DNA from: an uncultured Trueperaceae bacterium
GTDB lineage: Bacteria > Deinococcota > Deinococci > Deinococcales > Trueperaceae
Assembly: GCA_963727505.1 (NCBI GenBank)
Contig: CAVSGP010000002.1
Coordinates: 1 to 64,000 of the forward strand
Length of the DNA: 64,000 bases
Direction: 5' to 3'
Shown: in pieces, positions 51,171 through 61,882 of the stretch
How positions within the stretch are numbered: the first letter of the stretch is position 1
How the letters are laid out: every line of letters starts with the position of its first letter
Program-made: the position numbers and the translations under genes
Notes under the pieces: model-generated
The model's database searches: none
What the model was told of the DNA's origin: nothing
Seen by the model: the letters and a program-made list of their open reading frames with translations, nothing else

Positions 51171-52072
51171 GCCGGCTCGTGCAAGCCTGGCTCGAGCCGC
51201 AGTCCGACGCGCGCGACGATGCTCTCGAGTTCCTCGCGGCTGACGTCGTCCAGCGCCATGCCCGGCGGGCGGATGAAGCTGCTGGTGAACACCCCGCGCT
51301 TGCGGTAGACGTGCTTGCGGAACGCCAGCCCGATCTTGGGCTGGAACTCGTAACGGATCAGCGGCATGTAGTGGTCGAAGGTCCTGGCCGCGCCCGGCGC
51401 GTCGCCATCCACGAACTGCCGGTAGATCTTCACCAGCACCTCGGGGAACGCAAAGCCGGTCATGATGCCCACCGCGCCACGCTGCAGCTCCTCCAGGAAG
51501 TACTCGCCGCCGAGACCGCCGAACACCCCGATGCGCCCCTCCGTCAGCTCCCGGATGCGCGTCAGCTTGGTCAACACCGGCGGATCCTCCAGCTTGATGT
51601 AGGGCGCGAAGCCGTCGTTGGCCAGGCGCGCCACCAGCTCCGGCGACAGCGTGATCCCGAACGACGCCGGGTAGTCATGCACGATCACCGGCACCTCGAT
51701 CGCCTGCGCCACGGCCCGGTAGTGCTCGTACAGCGCCGCGTCCGACTGCGGCGCGATGGGCGCCACGAACACCGCGGCGGCGCCGAGCTGCTGCGCGGTC
51801 CGCGCCTGCTCCACCGCCCCCGCCGTGCCCAACGCGCGCACCCCCACCCACACCGGGATCTTGCCCGCGGCGCGCGCCACCACCGTCTCGACCACGGTGC
51901 GCCGTTCGGCTTCCGCCAGCTTGTGCGCCTCACCCAGGAACCCCAGGATCGCCACGCCATCCACCCCGGCCTCGAGCTGGAAGTCGATGAGCCGTTCCAG
52001 GCTCGCCACGTCGAGCTCGCCGCCATCCGTGAACGGCGTCGGCAAGATGGGATTCACACCATGCAGGTCCAT
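51167..52072 (-). CDS. DapA/NAL-family class I aldolase
   Basis: PTPF, GFLGE, YIKLED (Schiff-base Lys), GIMTGF. Confidence 0.85.
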   Translation of the reverse strand: MDLHGVNPILPTPFTDGGELDVASLERLIDFQLEAGVDGVAILGFLGEAHKLAEAERRTVVETVVARAAGKIPVWVGVRALGTAGAVEQARTAQQLGAAAVFVAPIAPQSDAALYEHYRAVAQAIEVPVIVHDYPASFGITLSPELVARLANDGFAPYIKLEDPPVLTKLTRIRELTEGRIGVFGGLGGEYFLEELQRGAVGIMTGFAFPEVLVKIYRQFVDGDAPGAARTFDHYMPLIRYEFQPKIGLAFRKHVYRKRGVFTSSFIRPPGMALDDVSREELESIVARVGLRLEPGLHEPA

Positions 52073-52114
52073 CGAGTCCTCCTTCGGGGTCCGGCCGCGC
52101 GGCGCCGGCGTCCG

Positions 52115-52867
52115 TCAACTCACGCCGACCATCCCGCGGCGCGGGATGGTCGGGAGCTTCGCCGCAGCCTCCATCGTCGCATGAACGAGGAAGCTCTCGC
52201 GGCCGCCGGTGCGCGCCAGCGGTCCCAGCAGGCTCAACGCACCCTCGAGGCCGCCGTCGTGGTCCAGGACCGGGACGCCCACGGCCCACACGCCGCGGTC
52301 GACCTCCTCGCGGCTGACGGCGTAGCCGCATTCGCGGATGTGCGGGAGCTCGTCCAGCAGCGTCGCCTGCTCGGCCGGGCTCAACCCCTCCGGGCCCTCC
52401 ATCAGCGCCACCAGGACGTCGGCGGGTAGGTAGGGCAGCATCGCTTTGGCCGGAGCTCCGCGCAGCATCGGCTTGGTCATCCCCTTGGAAAGCGCGTAGC
52501 GCAACGGCTGGCGGCTCTCGATGATGTCGACGCAGACTGCCTCGTGATCGAGTGGGACCAGCAGCGCGACGGTCTCGCCGGTCGCCGCAGCCAGCTCGCG
52601 CATGACCGGCTGGCAGAGGGCCCACTCGTCGAGGGCCCGGCGGAAGCCGAGCTCCAACTGCACGCAGCGGGGGCCGAGCCCGAGCCTGCCCTCGGGAAGG
52701 TCCCATAGCAGGCCGGCGTCGCGCAGGGCGGCGACGTAGCGGTAGACCGTGCTGACGGGCGCGCCGAATCCGTTCGCCAGCTCCTGGACGGTGCACGGGC
52801 CGTGCCGAGCGAGCCAGACGAGATAGCCGACGCCACGCTCGATGGTCTGCAATTGCTGGGAACCCAC
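52115..52867 (-). CDS. IclR-family transcriptional regulator
   Basis: HTH PVSTVYRY, TGETV, IRECGYAVSREE, AVGVPV. Confidence 0.9.
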   Translation of the reverse strand: MGSQQLQTIERGVGYLVWLARHGPCTVQELANGFGAPVSTVYRYVAALRDAGLLWDLPEGRLGLGPRCVQLELGFRRALDEWALCQPVMRELAAATGETVALLVPLDHEAVCVDIIESRQPLRYALSKGMTKPMLRGAPAKAMLPYLPADVLVALMEGPEGLSPAEQATLLDELPHIRECGYAVSREEVDRGVWAVGVPVLDHDGGLEGALSLLGPLARTGGRESFLVHATMEAAAKLPTIPRRGMVGVS

Positions 52868-53040
52868 GACATGTCCTCCGGCCGACCGGTCCCCTCCTGA
52901 CCGGCGGCGCTACACAGGTCCCGCGACGGGACGCAACGAGCTCACACGACTCCTGTCGAAGTGTAGCTCAGGGCACGGCCCACGGCCAGCGCGAAACGCC
53001 GCGCCGCGACACCACCGTGGTCCGCGCCGCGCCGGCACGT

Positions 53041-54351
53041 TCAGGTCACGGGGGATCGCGCGTCGTCGTAGGCGCGATGCGCGCCCTCCTCGACGATCGC
53101 CACCAGCCGCTCCACGGCGTCCCAAACGTCGACGAAGCGCGTATAGAGCGGCGCCAGGCCGAAGCGGATGGTGTCGGGCTCGCGGAAGTCGGGTACCACG
53201 CCGGCATCGATGAGGGCGCGGTTGATGCGGTAGCCGTCGGGGTGGCGCAGGCTCACGTGCGAGCCGCGCCGGTCCGGGTCGCGCGGCGTCCCCAGCGTGA
53301 ACCCGAGCGGCGCCAGCCGGGCGTCGAACAGCTCCACCAGCAGCCGCGTCAGCGCCACGGACTTGGTGCGCACCGCGTCCAGGCCGGCCTCTTCGAGCGG
53401 CTCCAAGCCCGCCTCGATCGCCAGCATCGAGAGCACCGGCGGGGTGCCGACCAGGAAGCGGCCGACACCTTCGGCGGGCTCGTACGCGAGATCGAACCCG
53501 AACGGCGCCCGACGCCCGAACCAGCCCTCGACCGGCGAGCGCAGGCGCTCCTGGAGATCGCGCCGCACGTACAGGAAGGCGGGAGCACCGGGCCCGCCGT
53601 TCAGATACTTGTAGGTGCACCCCACCGCCAGCTCCGCGCCCCAGGTGTCGAGCTCGATCGGCACGACACCCACCGCGTGGCTCAGGTCCCATAGCACCCA
53701 CGCGCCGACCGCGCGTGCCCGTGCTGCCAGGGCATCGGCGTCGTGAAGGTAGCCGCTCTTGAAGGTCACGTGCGAAAGCACCACCAGCGCGGTCGTCTCG
53801 TCGATGGCCGCCGTCAGCGCCTCGATGTCCGGAGTCACGCCGTGCGCGCCCGCCGGCACCACCTTCAGGGCGGCGCGCTCGTGGGCGCCACGCACGACGC
53901 TCTGCAGGGTGTAGAGGTCCGAAGGGAAGTTCATCGCGTCCGACACGAGCGTGGGCCGCTCGGGTCGAGCGGCGAGCGCCGCGCCCGCCAACTTGAAGAG
54001 ATTGACGGTGGTGCTGTCGCTCACCACGACCTGGCCAGGCCCGGCGCCGATCAGCGGCGCCAGGCGCTCGCCGATGCGGCGGGGCGCGTCGACCCAGCCG
54101 CGCCCCCAGCTCGCGATGAGGTGTTGGCCCCAGTCCTCCTCCACCGCAGCCGCCAGGCGCTCGCGCGTGCGCCTCGGCAGGCGGCCGAGGGAGTTGCCGT
54201 CGAGGTAGATGCGGGGGGCGTCGTCGAAGACGAACGCCTCGCGGTAGCGCGCGAGGGCGTCCTCGCGGTCGAGTTGCTCGGCGAGGCCGCGTGAGAGCGC
54301 GGCGTTGCCCTGCGCGCTGCCGTAGCGTGGAGCGGTGTCCATGTCCGTCAT
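53041..54351 (-). CDS. kynU: Kynureninase
   Basis: YLDGNSLG, WDLSHAVG, GCTYKYLNGGPG, RGSHVS, DFREPD.IR. Confidence 0.92.
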   Translation of the reverse strand: MTDMDTAPRYGSAQGNAALSRGLAEQLDREDALARYREAFVFDDAPRIYLDGNSLGRLPRRTRERLAAAVEEDWGQHLIASWGRGWVDAPRRIGERLAPLIGAGPGQVVVSDSTTVNLFKLAGAALAARPERPTLVSDAMNFPSDLYTLQSVVRGAHERAALKVVPAGAHGVTPDIEALTAAIDETTALVVLSHVTFKSGYLHDADALAARARAVGAWVLWDLSHAVGVVPIELDTWGAELAVGCTYKYLNGGPGAPAFLYVRRDLQERLRSPVEGWFGRRAPFGFDLAYEPAEGVGRFLVGTPPVLSMLAIEAGLEPLEEAGLDAVRTKSVALTRLLVELFDARLAPLGFTLGTPRDPDRRGSHVSLRHPDGYRINRALIDAGVVPDFREPDTIRFGLAPLYTRFVDVWDAVERLVAIVEEGAHRAYDDARSPVT

Positions 54352-54485
54352 CGTACGCGTGCCGGGCGGCGCGCCTTCGGGACCCGCTTCGGCCCGTGCA
54401 TCTCATGCATCCCACCTGCACATCTCGTCAACACGGCGGCCGTAGCATCGGGGTGGAGTTCGCCCGCCGCAGTCGGGTGAGAATC

Positions 54486-55172
54486 ATGACCAAGACGGTC
54501 CTCATCGTCGACGACAAGCTCAGCCTCACGCGCCTGCTGCAGGAATACCTGGGCAAGCAGGGCTACCGGACCGTGGTGGCCGACAACGGCCGCAACGCCC
54601 TCTTCACGGCGCGTCACGCCAAGCCGGACATCATCCTGCTCGACGTGATGATGCCCGAGATGGACGGGCTGGAGTTCATCCGCACCTACCGCCGCGAGTC
54701 CGATACCCCGATCATCCTCCTCACGGCGCGGGTCGAGGAGGCCGACAAGGTCGCCGGGCTGGAGCTCGGCGCGGACGACTACGTCACCAAGCCGTTCGGG
54801 ATGGCCGAGCTCAACGCGCGCATACGCGCCGTGTTGAGGCGCTACGAACAGCGCGAGCGCGACGACGAGCGCCTTCGGGTGGGCGCGGTCGAGCTCGACC
54901 GCAGCCGCCACACCGTGCGCGTCGACGGGCAGTTCGTCGACCTGACGCCCTCGGAGTTCGACCTGCTCGCCACCATGATGACGGCCCCGGGCAGGGTGTT
55001 CAGCCGCAACGACCTGATCGAGCACCTGCCGGGCGAGAGCCCGGAACGGGTGGAGCGCACCATCGACGCCCACGTCCGCAACCTGCGCAAGAAGCTGGAG
55101 CGCGACCCCCGGCACCCGCGGTATGTGGAGACCGTGTTCGGCGTCGGCTACCGCTTCCGGCCCGAGGCCTAG
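54486..55172 (+). CDS. OmpR-family response regulator
   Basis: LIVDD, D.MMP, GADDYVTKPF, ETVFGVGY. Confidence 0.93.
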   Translation: MTKTVLIVDDKLSLTRLLQEYLGKQGYRTVVADNGRNALFTARHAKPDIILLDVMMPEMDGLEFIRTYRRESDTPIILLTARVEEADKVAGLELGADDYVTKPFGMAELNARIRAVLRRYEQRERDDERLRVGAVELDRSRHTVRVDGQFVDLTPSEFDLLATMMTAPGRVFSRNDLIEHLPGESPERVERTIDAHVRNLRKKLERDPRHPRYVETVFGVGYRFRPEA

Positions 55173-55175
55173 CGC

Positions 55176-56717
55176 GTGCGGTCGATCCGCACCAAGCTGA
55201 CGCTCATCATCGTTGCCACCAGCGTGCTCGCCGTTGCGCTGGTCGGGGTCAGCGCCCGCTGGATCACGCACCGCCAGTTCAACACCTTCCGGCTCGAGCA
55301 GACGCGCAGTGCCTTCATCGACGCCGCCACCACCTACTACCGGGACCACGGGAGCTGGGCGGGAGCGGAGACCGCGCTACAGCAGGAGATCTACCGCATC
55401 CTGGGCGTGCCCGGCAGCGACCATCCGCGCCCCGACGCCGGAACGCCCGACGGCACTTCGCCCGATCCCACGCCCGTTCCTGGCGCGGCCGCTTCCGCGG
55501 CACCCGCTCCCAACGCGCCCACCGCGGCACCCGTGCGGCCGGGTACAGCGCCCACCCTCGGCGTCGACGGCGCGGCCAACGACCGCTTCGAGCGACGTAA
55601 CCCGTTCGCGCTCGCAAATCCGGCGGGAGTGGCCGTCATCGGCAACCACCGCTGGAACCAGGGTGCGACCATCCCCGGACGGGTACTCGCCCGCGGTACG
55701 CCAGTGATGCTCGACGGCACGCGCATCGGCACGGTGACCTACGAAGCACCGCCGGAGTTGCGGACGCTGGAGCGCATCTACCTCCGCCGCACCGGTCAGG
55801 CGATCTTCTACGCCGCCATCGCCGCCGCGGCGCTCGCCCTGCTGATCGGCGTGCTCGCCACCCGGTTGCTGACCCGCCCTATCCGCGACCTCACCGGCGC
55901 CATCGGCAAGATGCGGGGAGGGGCGCTGGAGCAGTCGGTACCGATCCGCTCGCAGGACGAGTTCGGCGAGATGGCGCGGGCGTTCAACGACATGAGCGCC
56001 GACGTGGCTCGGGGCCAGCGCCTGCGCGAGCAGATGACGGCCGATATCGCCCACGACCTGCGCACCCCACTCTCGGTGTTGACGGGCTACCTGGAAGGCA
56101 TCCGCGAGGGCGTGCTCGACGCCGACGACGCCACCGTCGATACCATGTACGGCGAGGCCGTGCAGCTCCAGCACCTGGTGGAGGACCTTCGTACGCTGTC
56201 GATGGCGGACGCCGGCCGGCTCCGCCTGCAACGCGAGACGGTGAGTGCCGCTGAGTTGCTGCAGGGGGCGCGGCAAGCCTTCCTGCCGCTGGCCGAGCAG
56301 GCGGGCGTCGTGCTCGAAATCCAGGTCGCGCAGCCGGCGCCGCAGCTCGAGGTCGATCCCAGCCGCATGCGTCAGGTCCTCGCCAACCTCATCGGCAACG
56401 CCCTCGAGCACACCTCGGCCGGCGGCAGCGTGCAACTCGGCGCTCGGCTGGAGGGCGGCGAGGCGGTGTTGAGCGTGACCGACGACGGCGTGGGCATCCC
56501 CGCCGAAGCCCTGCCCCACATCTTCGAGCGCTTCTACCGGGTGGACGCCTCCCGGTCGGAGGGCGGTACCGGCTCCGGCCTCGGCCTGCCGATCGCGCGC
56601 TCCCTGGTGGAAGCCCACGGCGGCACCATCGCCGCCGAGAGCGAGCCGGGCCGGGGCAGCACCATCACCGTGCGACTGCCGGCAGCGTCCTCCGCGGGAT
56701 GGTCCGCGACCTCCTAG
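55176..56717 (+). CDS. Sensor histidine kinase (BaeS-like, HAMP)
   Basis: Two TMs, HAMP, AHDLRTPL, NLIGNA, D.G.G, GSGLGL. Confidence 0.93.
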   Translation: MRSIRTKLTLIIVATSVLAVALVGVSARWITHRQFNTFRLEQTRSAFIDAATTYYRDHGSWAGAETALQQEIYRILGVPGSDHPRPDAGTPDGTSPDPTPVPGAAASAAPAPNAPTAAPVRPGTAPTLGVDGAANDRFERRNPFALANPAGVAVIGNHRWNQGATIPGRVLARGTPVMLDGTRIGTVTYEAPPELRTLERIYLRRTGQAIFYAAIAAAALALLIGVLATRLLTRPIRDLTGAIGKMRGGALEQSVPIRSQDEFGEMARAFNDMSADVARGQRLREQMTADIAHDLRTPLSVLTGYLEGIREGVLDADDATVDTMYGEAVQLQHLVEDLRTLSMADAGRLRLQRETVSAAELLQGARQAFLPLAEQAGVVLEIQVAQPAPQLEVDPSRMRQVLANLIGNALEHTSAGGSVQLGARLEGGEAVLSVTDDGVGIPAEALPHIFERFYRVDASRSEGGTGSGLGLPIARSLVEAHGGTIAAESEPGRGSTITVRLPAASSAGWSATS

Positions 56718-56759
56718 GCTGCTGTCGGGAGGCGCACGGTAGGCGCCCGCGCCGGTCCG

Positions 56760-57542
56760 TCAGCGGATGACGCGGCGCTGCATGCGCCACACCGCGAACG
56801 CCCCCAGCACCGTGCCCACCACCAGCAGATAGGCGACGTCGAAGCCGAGCCCCTGCCACTGACCGTTGACGATGCCGCGTACCAGCCGCACCGCCCGGTA
56901 CAGCGGGGTCGCCTGCGCCACCCACACCAGTGCGGCGGGGAAGCGGTCCTGCACCGGGAAGAAGATGCCGGAGAAGAGGAACGACGGCGTGATGAACAGC
57001 GTGAAGAAGTAGGAGAAGACATCGATGATATGGATCACCGAGGTGAAGGCCAGGCCGATGGCGCTGAAGCAGTAGCCAACCAGCGCGATGGCGGGCAGGG
57101 CCAGCAGCAGTCGCCAGGTCAGCGGCGTGTCGAAGAACAGGGTGATGAGCAGGAAGATCCCGCCGTAGATGAGCGAACGCGTCACCGCCCACCACCACTC
57201 GCCCACCGCCACGTCCTCCATGTTGACGCGGGTGGTGACCATGGCGTCGTAGAGCTTGCCGAAGTGCAGCTTGACGAACACGTTGTAGGTGGTCTCGAAG
57301 GCGGCGCCGTTCATGGCCGAGGCCGCCACCAGGCCCGGCGCGATGTAGGTCAGGTAGTCCTGGCCGAACTGCCCGCCACTGCTGACGTAATACCCGAGGC
57401 CGACGCCGAGCCCCAGCAGATAGAACAGCGGCTCGAAGAAGTTGGGCAGCAGCCCGTAGTACCAGCGGTCGCGGTACACCCACAGGTTGCGCTGCCAGAC
57501 GCGCGCCGCGCTCCGGAGATCGATCACCCGGTTCCCTCTCAT
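56760..57542 (-). CDS. ABC-2 permease (NodJ-like)
   Basis: EPLFYLLGLG.GLG, YIAPGL, FSGIFFP. Confidence 0.88.
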   Translation of the reverse strand: MRGNRVIDLRSAARVWQRNLWVYRDRWYYGLLPNFFEPLFYLLGLGVGLGYYVSSGGQFGQDYLTYIAPGLVAASAMNGAAFETTYNVFVKLHFGKLYDAMVTTRVNMEDVAVGEWWWAVTRSLIYGGIFLLITLFFDTPLTWRLLLALPAIALVGYCFSAIGLAFTSVIHIIDVFSYFFTLFITPSFLFSGIFFPVQDRFPAALVWVAQATPLYRAVRLVRGIVNGQWQGLGFDVAYLLVVGTVLGAFAVWRMQRRVIR

Positions 57543-57546
57543 GCCC

Positions 57547-58479
57547 TCACTCCCTGAGCGCCCGTCCGGTGAGCTTGAGGAACACGTCCTCGAGGTTGGC
57601 GGGCCGCACGAAGGCGCGCTCGAGCCGCCAGCCCTGGTCGCGCAGGCTCCCCAGCGCCGCGTCGGCGTCGCCGACGAACACGCTCACCCGGTCGCCGCTA
57701 CGGACCGCCTCGAGCCCCAGCCGTGCAGCGGCGTCCTCGAGCCGCTGGCCCTCCCCCGCTTCGGCGCGCGCCTCGACGACCAGCGGCGGCAGATGGTCGC
57801 GGATCAAGGCGTGCGGTGCTCCCTCCGCGATGATGGCGCCGTGGTCCATGACCACGAGCCGGTCGCAGAGTCGCTCGGCCTCGTCCATGTAGTGGGTGCT
57901 CATCATCAGCGTCTTGCCCTGCGAACGCAGCTCTTCGAGCTTGTTCCAGAGGTTGAGCCGCACCTGCGGATCGAGGCCGGTGGTGGGCTCGTCGAGCACC
58001 ACGATCTCGGGATCGTTCATCAAGCCACGCGCCAGCGTCAGGCGGCGCTTCATGCCACCCGAGAGCTCGTCGACCATGACATTGCGCTTCTCGTTCAGAT
58101 CGGCGAAGGCGAGCAGATCCTCGGCCCGTCGCCTGGCACGGGCTCCGGCGATGCCGTTGAAGCGAGCGTAGATCAGCAGGTTGTCCATGACGCGAAGCTC
58201 GGTGTCGAGGTTGTCCATCTGCGGCACCACACCGAGGCGCTGCTTGATGCTGCGGGCGCGCTCGCCCGCAGGCATTCCCAGCACCCGCAACGTTCCGGAG
58301 CTGCTGGGCGTGACCTGGTAGATCATCCGCATCAACGTGGACTTGCCGGCACCGTTGGGGCCCAGCATGCCGAAGAACTCGCCTCGGCGGACCTCGAAGC
58401 TCACGCCGTCGACGGCGTGAACCTCTCCGTACCGCTTCACCAAGGATTCGACGGCGACCACGGGCTCGGATGACGGCAT
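57547..58479 (-). CDS. ABC transporter ATP-binding protein (NodI-like)
   Basis: GPNGAGKS, VVPQMDNLD, LSGGMKRR, LDEPTTGLDPQ. Confidence 0.92.
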   Translation of the reverse strand: MPSSEPVVAVESLVKRYGEVHAVDGVSFEVRRGEFFGMLGPNGAGKSTLMRMIYQVTPSSSGTLRVLGMPAGERARSIKQRLGVVPQMDNLDTELRVMDNLLIYARFNGIAGARARRRAEDLLAFADLNEKRNVMVDELSGGMKRRLTLARGLMNDPEIVVLDEPTTGLDPQVRLNLWNKLEELRSQGKTLMMSTHYMDEAERLCDRLVVMDHGAIIAEGAPHALIRDHLPPLVVEARAEAGEGQRLEDAAARLGLEAVRSGDRVSVFVGDADAALGSLRDQGWRLERAFVRPANLEDVFLKLTGRALRE

Positions 58480-58639
58480 GTTCCTCCAGGGGCGCACGGG
58501 GGCAACCCGCAACATTCTAACGACCGCGGGCGGGCCGCCTTCTTGACACGCATGCCGACCTCGCCCATGCTGAGGTGATCGACGAACCGGAACGTCCACT
58601 CCTGCACCGTGGTAGCCGGACCCCGCGCACCTCGGGAGG

Positions 58640-61600
58640 GTGACGGTGTCGCAGTCTCGACTGCGTATCGAACTGCTGGGCCACGTACGCGTCCTGGACG
58701 GTGACGAGCCGCTCGCCGCCCTGGTCTCGGCGCGCCGCCGTGCGCTGCTGGCCTACCTCGTCCTCCACCGCCATGAGGTCGTGGACCGGGAACGACTTGC
58801 GTACCTGTTCTGGCCCGACTCCGAGGACGGCCAGGCCCGGACCAACCTGCGGCGGGAGCTCCACCACCTGCGAAGCGAGCTGCCCGCCGACGCGGTGCTC
58901 GATCTCGGCGGCTCCGTGCTGGGCTGGCGCGCCGACGCGCCCGTCACCACCGATGTGGAGGAGTTCGAGGGCGCCCTGACCGACGCGGAGCGCCTCCGGG
59001 CCCGTGGCGACCACCGACGCGAGCGCAGCGCGCTGGCGCGCGCAGCCGAGCTGTACCGTGGCGACCTCGTCCCGTCGTGCTACGAGGACTGGCTCGAGCC
59101 CCACAGGGAGCGCCTGCGTGGGGCGCTGACCGGCGCGCTCGATCGCCTGACCGAGCTCTGCGAGGCCGGCGGTGATCCCCGCACAGCCGTGCTCCACGCT
59201 GAACGGCGCATCCGGCTGGACCCGCTCGACGAGACGGCCTATCGACGGCTCATGGCGTTGCACCAGCGCGAGGGCAACCGGGCAGCGGCCATCCATGCCT
59301 TCCACCGCTGTGCTGGCGCCCTGCAGCGCGAGCTCGACGTCGCGCCGAGCGCCACCACACGCGAGGCGTACGAGTCCTTGCTGGTGCCGGAGGGGGGACC
59401 GGCGGAAGGGGTCGCTTCGCGGGAGACGCGCGGGGCCACGTCCCTGGTGGGTCGCGCCGGGGCGGTCGCGGCGCTGGTGGAAGCCTGGGAGCGTACGCGG
59501 GTGGAGGGGCCGGCGGTGCTGGTGGTGCTCGGCGAGGCCGGCATCGGCAAGACGCGGCTGGTGGAGGAGTTCGTTCGGACGGCCGTGCCACCGGATGCGG
59601 CCTTGGTCCGGAGTCGGGCGTACGCGGCCGAGAGTCGTCTCAGCTACGGGCTTGCTGTCGAGTGGCTGCGCAGCCCGGCGGTGGCCGAGCGCGTGGCCGA
59701 TCTCCCGGACGCGTGGCGCGCGGAGATCGCCCGCCTGGCCCCCGACCTCGATCCGGCCACCGACGTGGCGCTGGAGCCGCCCGACACCGTTCCCGCCTCC
59801 TGGCAGCGTCGGCGCCTGCTCGAGGCCGTGGCCCGGGCGGTGCTGACGGTCCCGGCTCCTCGCCTGTTACTGGTCGACGACCTGCATTGGGCGGACGCAG
59901 ACTCGCTCGAGGCCCTCCATGTGCTCACGAGGCTCGATCCCGGCGCCGCACTGCTGGTGGTGGCCACGGTGCGTACGGAGGAGCTCCCCGGCAACGCCCC
60001 GTTGGAGCGGCTGCTGCTCGCACTTCGCGCGGAGGGCCGCCTCCGCGACGTGGAGCTCGACCGCCTCGGCCGCGCGGACACCGAGCTGCTGGCGCGCCAG
60101 GTGGCGGACGTCGATCTCGACGAAGCGTCGCTCGGCCGGCTCCATCGGATCAGCGAGGGGATCCCCCTCTTCATCGTCGAGACGCTCCGCGCGGCCCCGT
60201 CTGGGACGCAAACGGACGGTGACGCGACGCTGCCGCCACGCGTGCGCGCGGTGCTGACGATACGCCTCCAGCAACTCAGCGCCGACGCCCGGGGCCTCGC
60301 GGAGCTCGGAGCCACCATCGGACGCGCGTTCCACTTCGACACCCTCCTGCAGGCATCGGACCTGCCCGAAGAATCGCTCGTGCGGGCACTCGACGAGCTC
60401 TGGCGGCGGCGCATCGTGCTGGAGGAAGCTGCCGACGCCTACGACTTCAGCCACGACGCGCTCCGCGCGGCCGCGTACGACGCCATCGACCCGGCCCGCC
60501 GCCGTCTCCTCCACCGAAGGGTGGCGCGCGCGCTCGAACGGCTCCACGCCGGCGACACGGGTCCGGTGAGCGGCCGCCTGGCCCAGCATTTCGAGTCCGG
60601 TGGCGAGACGGTCCGCGCCGTCGATGCGTATCGTCAGGCCGCCCGCGAGGCGACGGCGGTGTTCTCCCATGAGGAGGCCCTGCGCCTGCTCGAGCGCGCA
60701 CTCGAGCTGCTCAACGCCATGGCGCCGTCGCAGGAGCGCGATCGTCGCGAGCTGGAGCTGCAGCTGGCGAGGATCATCCCGGCCCGCTCGCTCAGCGGCT
60801 ACGCCGCACCGGTGATGGCAGCGGCGGCCGAGCGGGCGGCGGAGCTGGCCGAGCGGCTGCAGGATGCCGGCTCGCTGTACCACGCGCTCCGCAGCTTGCA
60901 GACGACGCGCTTCGTGAGCGCTCAGCTCACCCGCGCGCTCGAGCTATCGGAGCGCCTTCAAGCGCTCGCGCGCGACGTCCCCGACCGCCAGGCCGAAGGG
61001 GACCACGCGATGGCCGGCTCGCTGCTCACGGTCGGGGACCTCGAGGGCGCCGTCGAGCACTTCGAGCGCGCGGAGCGGGGCAACGACCCCACCATCGATC
61101 GCGCCACCATCTCCGTCTTCGGCGCGGACCTCGCCGTCTTCACGGCGGCATGGCAGGCGCACGCGCTATGGATGGTGGGCTTCGCCGACCGGGCCGGCGT
61201 GTCCTCCACGCGCGCGGTCCGGCTCGCCGAGTCGCTCGCGCACCCCTACAGCCGTGCGCTGGCGCACGCCTACGCGGCGCTCTTCCACCACCTCCGGCGT
61301 GACCGGCGCGCCTGTGGGACGCACGCTCGCGCGGCCACCGAGATCTGCGAACGGCACGGCTTCGCCTACTACGTGCACTGGGGCCGGCTGCTCGGCGCCT
61401 GGGCCGACGCGGCCCTTCCGGCCGCGGAACGTATCCAGAGCATTCGCGTTGCGCTCGAGGGGCTCGAGGGCGAAGGGGCCGCTGTCCGGCTCCCGATCTA
61501 CCTGAGTGTTCTCGGCCTGACCCAGGCCCGCGCGGGTCGGCAGGACGACGCGCGCCGTACGCTCGCCCGCGCGCGATCGTGCGCCGATGAGACCGGCGAG

Positions 61601-61882
61601 CTCTGGTGGACGCCGGAGATCATCCGGTTGCAGGCGCTCCTCGCCGAGCGTGCCGAGGAGCGCCTGACCTGCCTGCGGCGCGCGCTCGAGCACGCCTCGA
61701 GACTCAAGGCGCGACCCCTGGCCGCTCGAGCTGCGACCAGCCTGGCGATCGAGCTGCGTTCGCGCGGCCGCCGGGACGAAGCGCGCGCGACCCTCGCCCG
61801 TGTCCTCGAGACATCACCATCCGACGCCGGCGGCCGCGACTGGCGGCGTGCGGAGCGGTGCCTCGAGCGCCTCGCGCGGTAG
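58640..61882 (+). CDS. BTAD (SARP-like) / AAA ATPase / TPR transcriptional regulator
   Basis: N-terminal wHTH-BTAD (LYRGDL, DPLDE.AYRRLM), Walker A GEAGIGKT, VDDLHWAD, G.PLF, TPR-like C-terminus. Confidence 0.88.
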   Translation: MTVSQSRLRIELLGHVRVLDGDEPLAALVSARRRALLAYLVLHRHEVVDRERLAYLFWPDSEDGQARTNLRRELHHLRSELPADAVLDLGGSVLGWRADAPVTTDVEEFEGALTDAERLRARGDHRRERSALARAAELYRGDLVPSCYEDWLEPHRERLRGALTGALDRLTELCEAGGDPRTAVLHAERRIRLDPLDETAYRRLMALHQREGNRAAAIHAFHRCAGALQRELDVAPSATTREAYESLLVPEGGPAEGVASRETRGATSLVGRAGAVAALVEAWERTRVEGPAVLVVLGEAGIGKTRLVEEFVRTAVPPDAALVRSRAYAAESRLSYGLAVEWLRSPAVAERVADLPDAWRAEIARLAPDLDPATDVALEPPDTVPASWQRRRLLEAVARAVLTVPAPRLLLVDDLHWADADSLEALHVLTRLDPGAALLVVATVRTEELPGNAPLERLLLALRAEGRLRDVELDRLGRADTELLARQVADVDLDEASLGRLHRISEGIPLFIVETLRAAPSGTQTDGDATLPPRVRAVLTIRLQQLSADARGLAELGATIGRAFHFDTLLQASDLPEESLVRALDELWRRRIVLEEAADAYDFSHDALRAAAYDAIDPARRRLLHRRVARALERLHAGDTGPVSGRLAQHFESGGETVRAVDAYRQAAREATAVFSHEEALRLLERALELLNAMAPSQERDRRELELQLARIIPARSLSGYAAPVMAAAAERAAELAERLQDAGSLYHALRSLQTTRFVSAQLTRALELSERLQALARDVPDRQAEGDHAMAGSLLTVGDLEGAVEHFERAERGNDPTIDRATISVFGADLAVFTAAWQAHALWMVGFADRAGVSSTRAVRLAESLAHPYSRALAHAYAALFHHLRRDRRACGTHARAATEICERHGFAYYVHWGRLLGAWADAALPAAERIQSIRVALEGLEGEGAAVRLPIYLSVLGLTQARAGRQDDARRTLARARSCADETGELWWTPEIIRLQALLAERAEERLTCLRRALEHASRLKARPLAARAATSLAIELRSRGRRDEARATLARVLETSPSDAGGRDWRRAERCLERLAR

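Noticed and set aside
47631..51308. 1225-aa plus-strand ORF, and similar long ORFs such as 32082..34589, 27685..29595, 42321..44591 and 17767..19569
   Set aside because: Antisense or alternate-frame shadows of clearly identifiable genes, expected at this GC content; no recognisable motifs.
51167..52072. Calling this gene dapA
   Set aside because: Lacks the GTTGE motif and sits in a catabolic context; only the family can be assigned.
44785..53040. Genomic island integrated at tRNA-Val
   Set aside because: No integrase and no duplicated tRNA 3' end found by eye; composition resembles the core genes.
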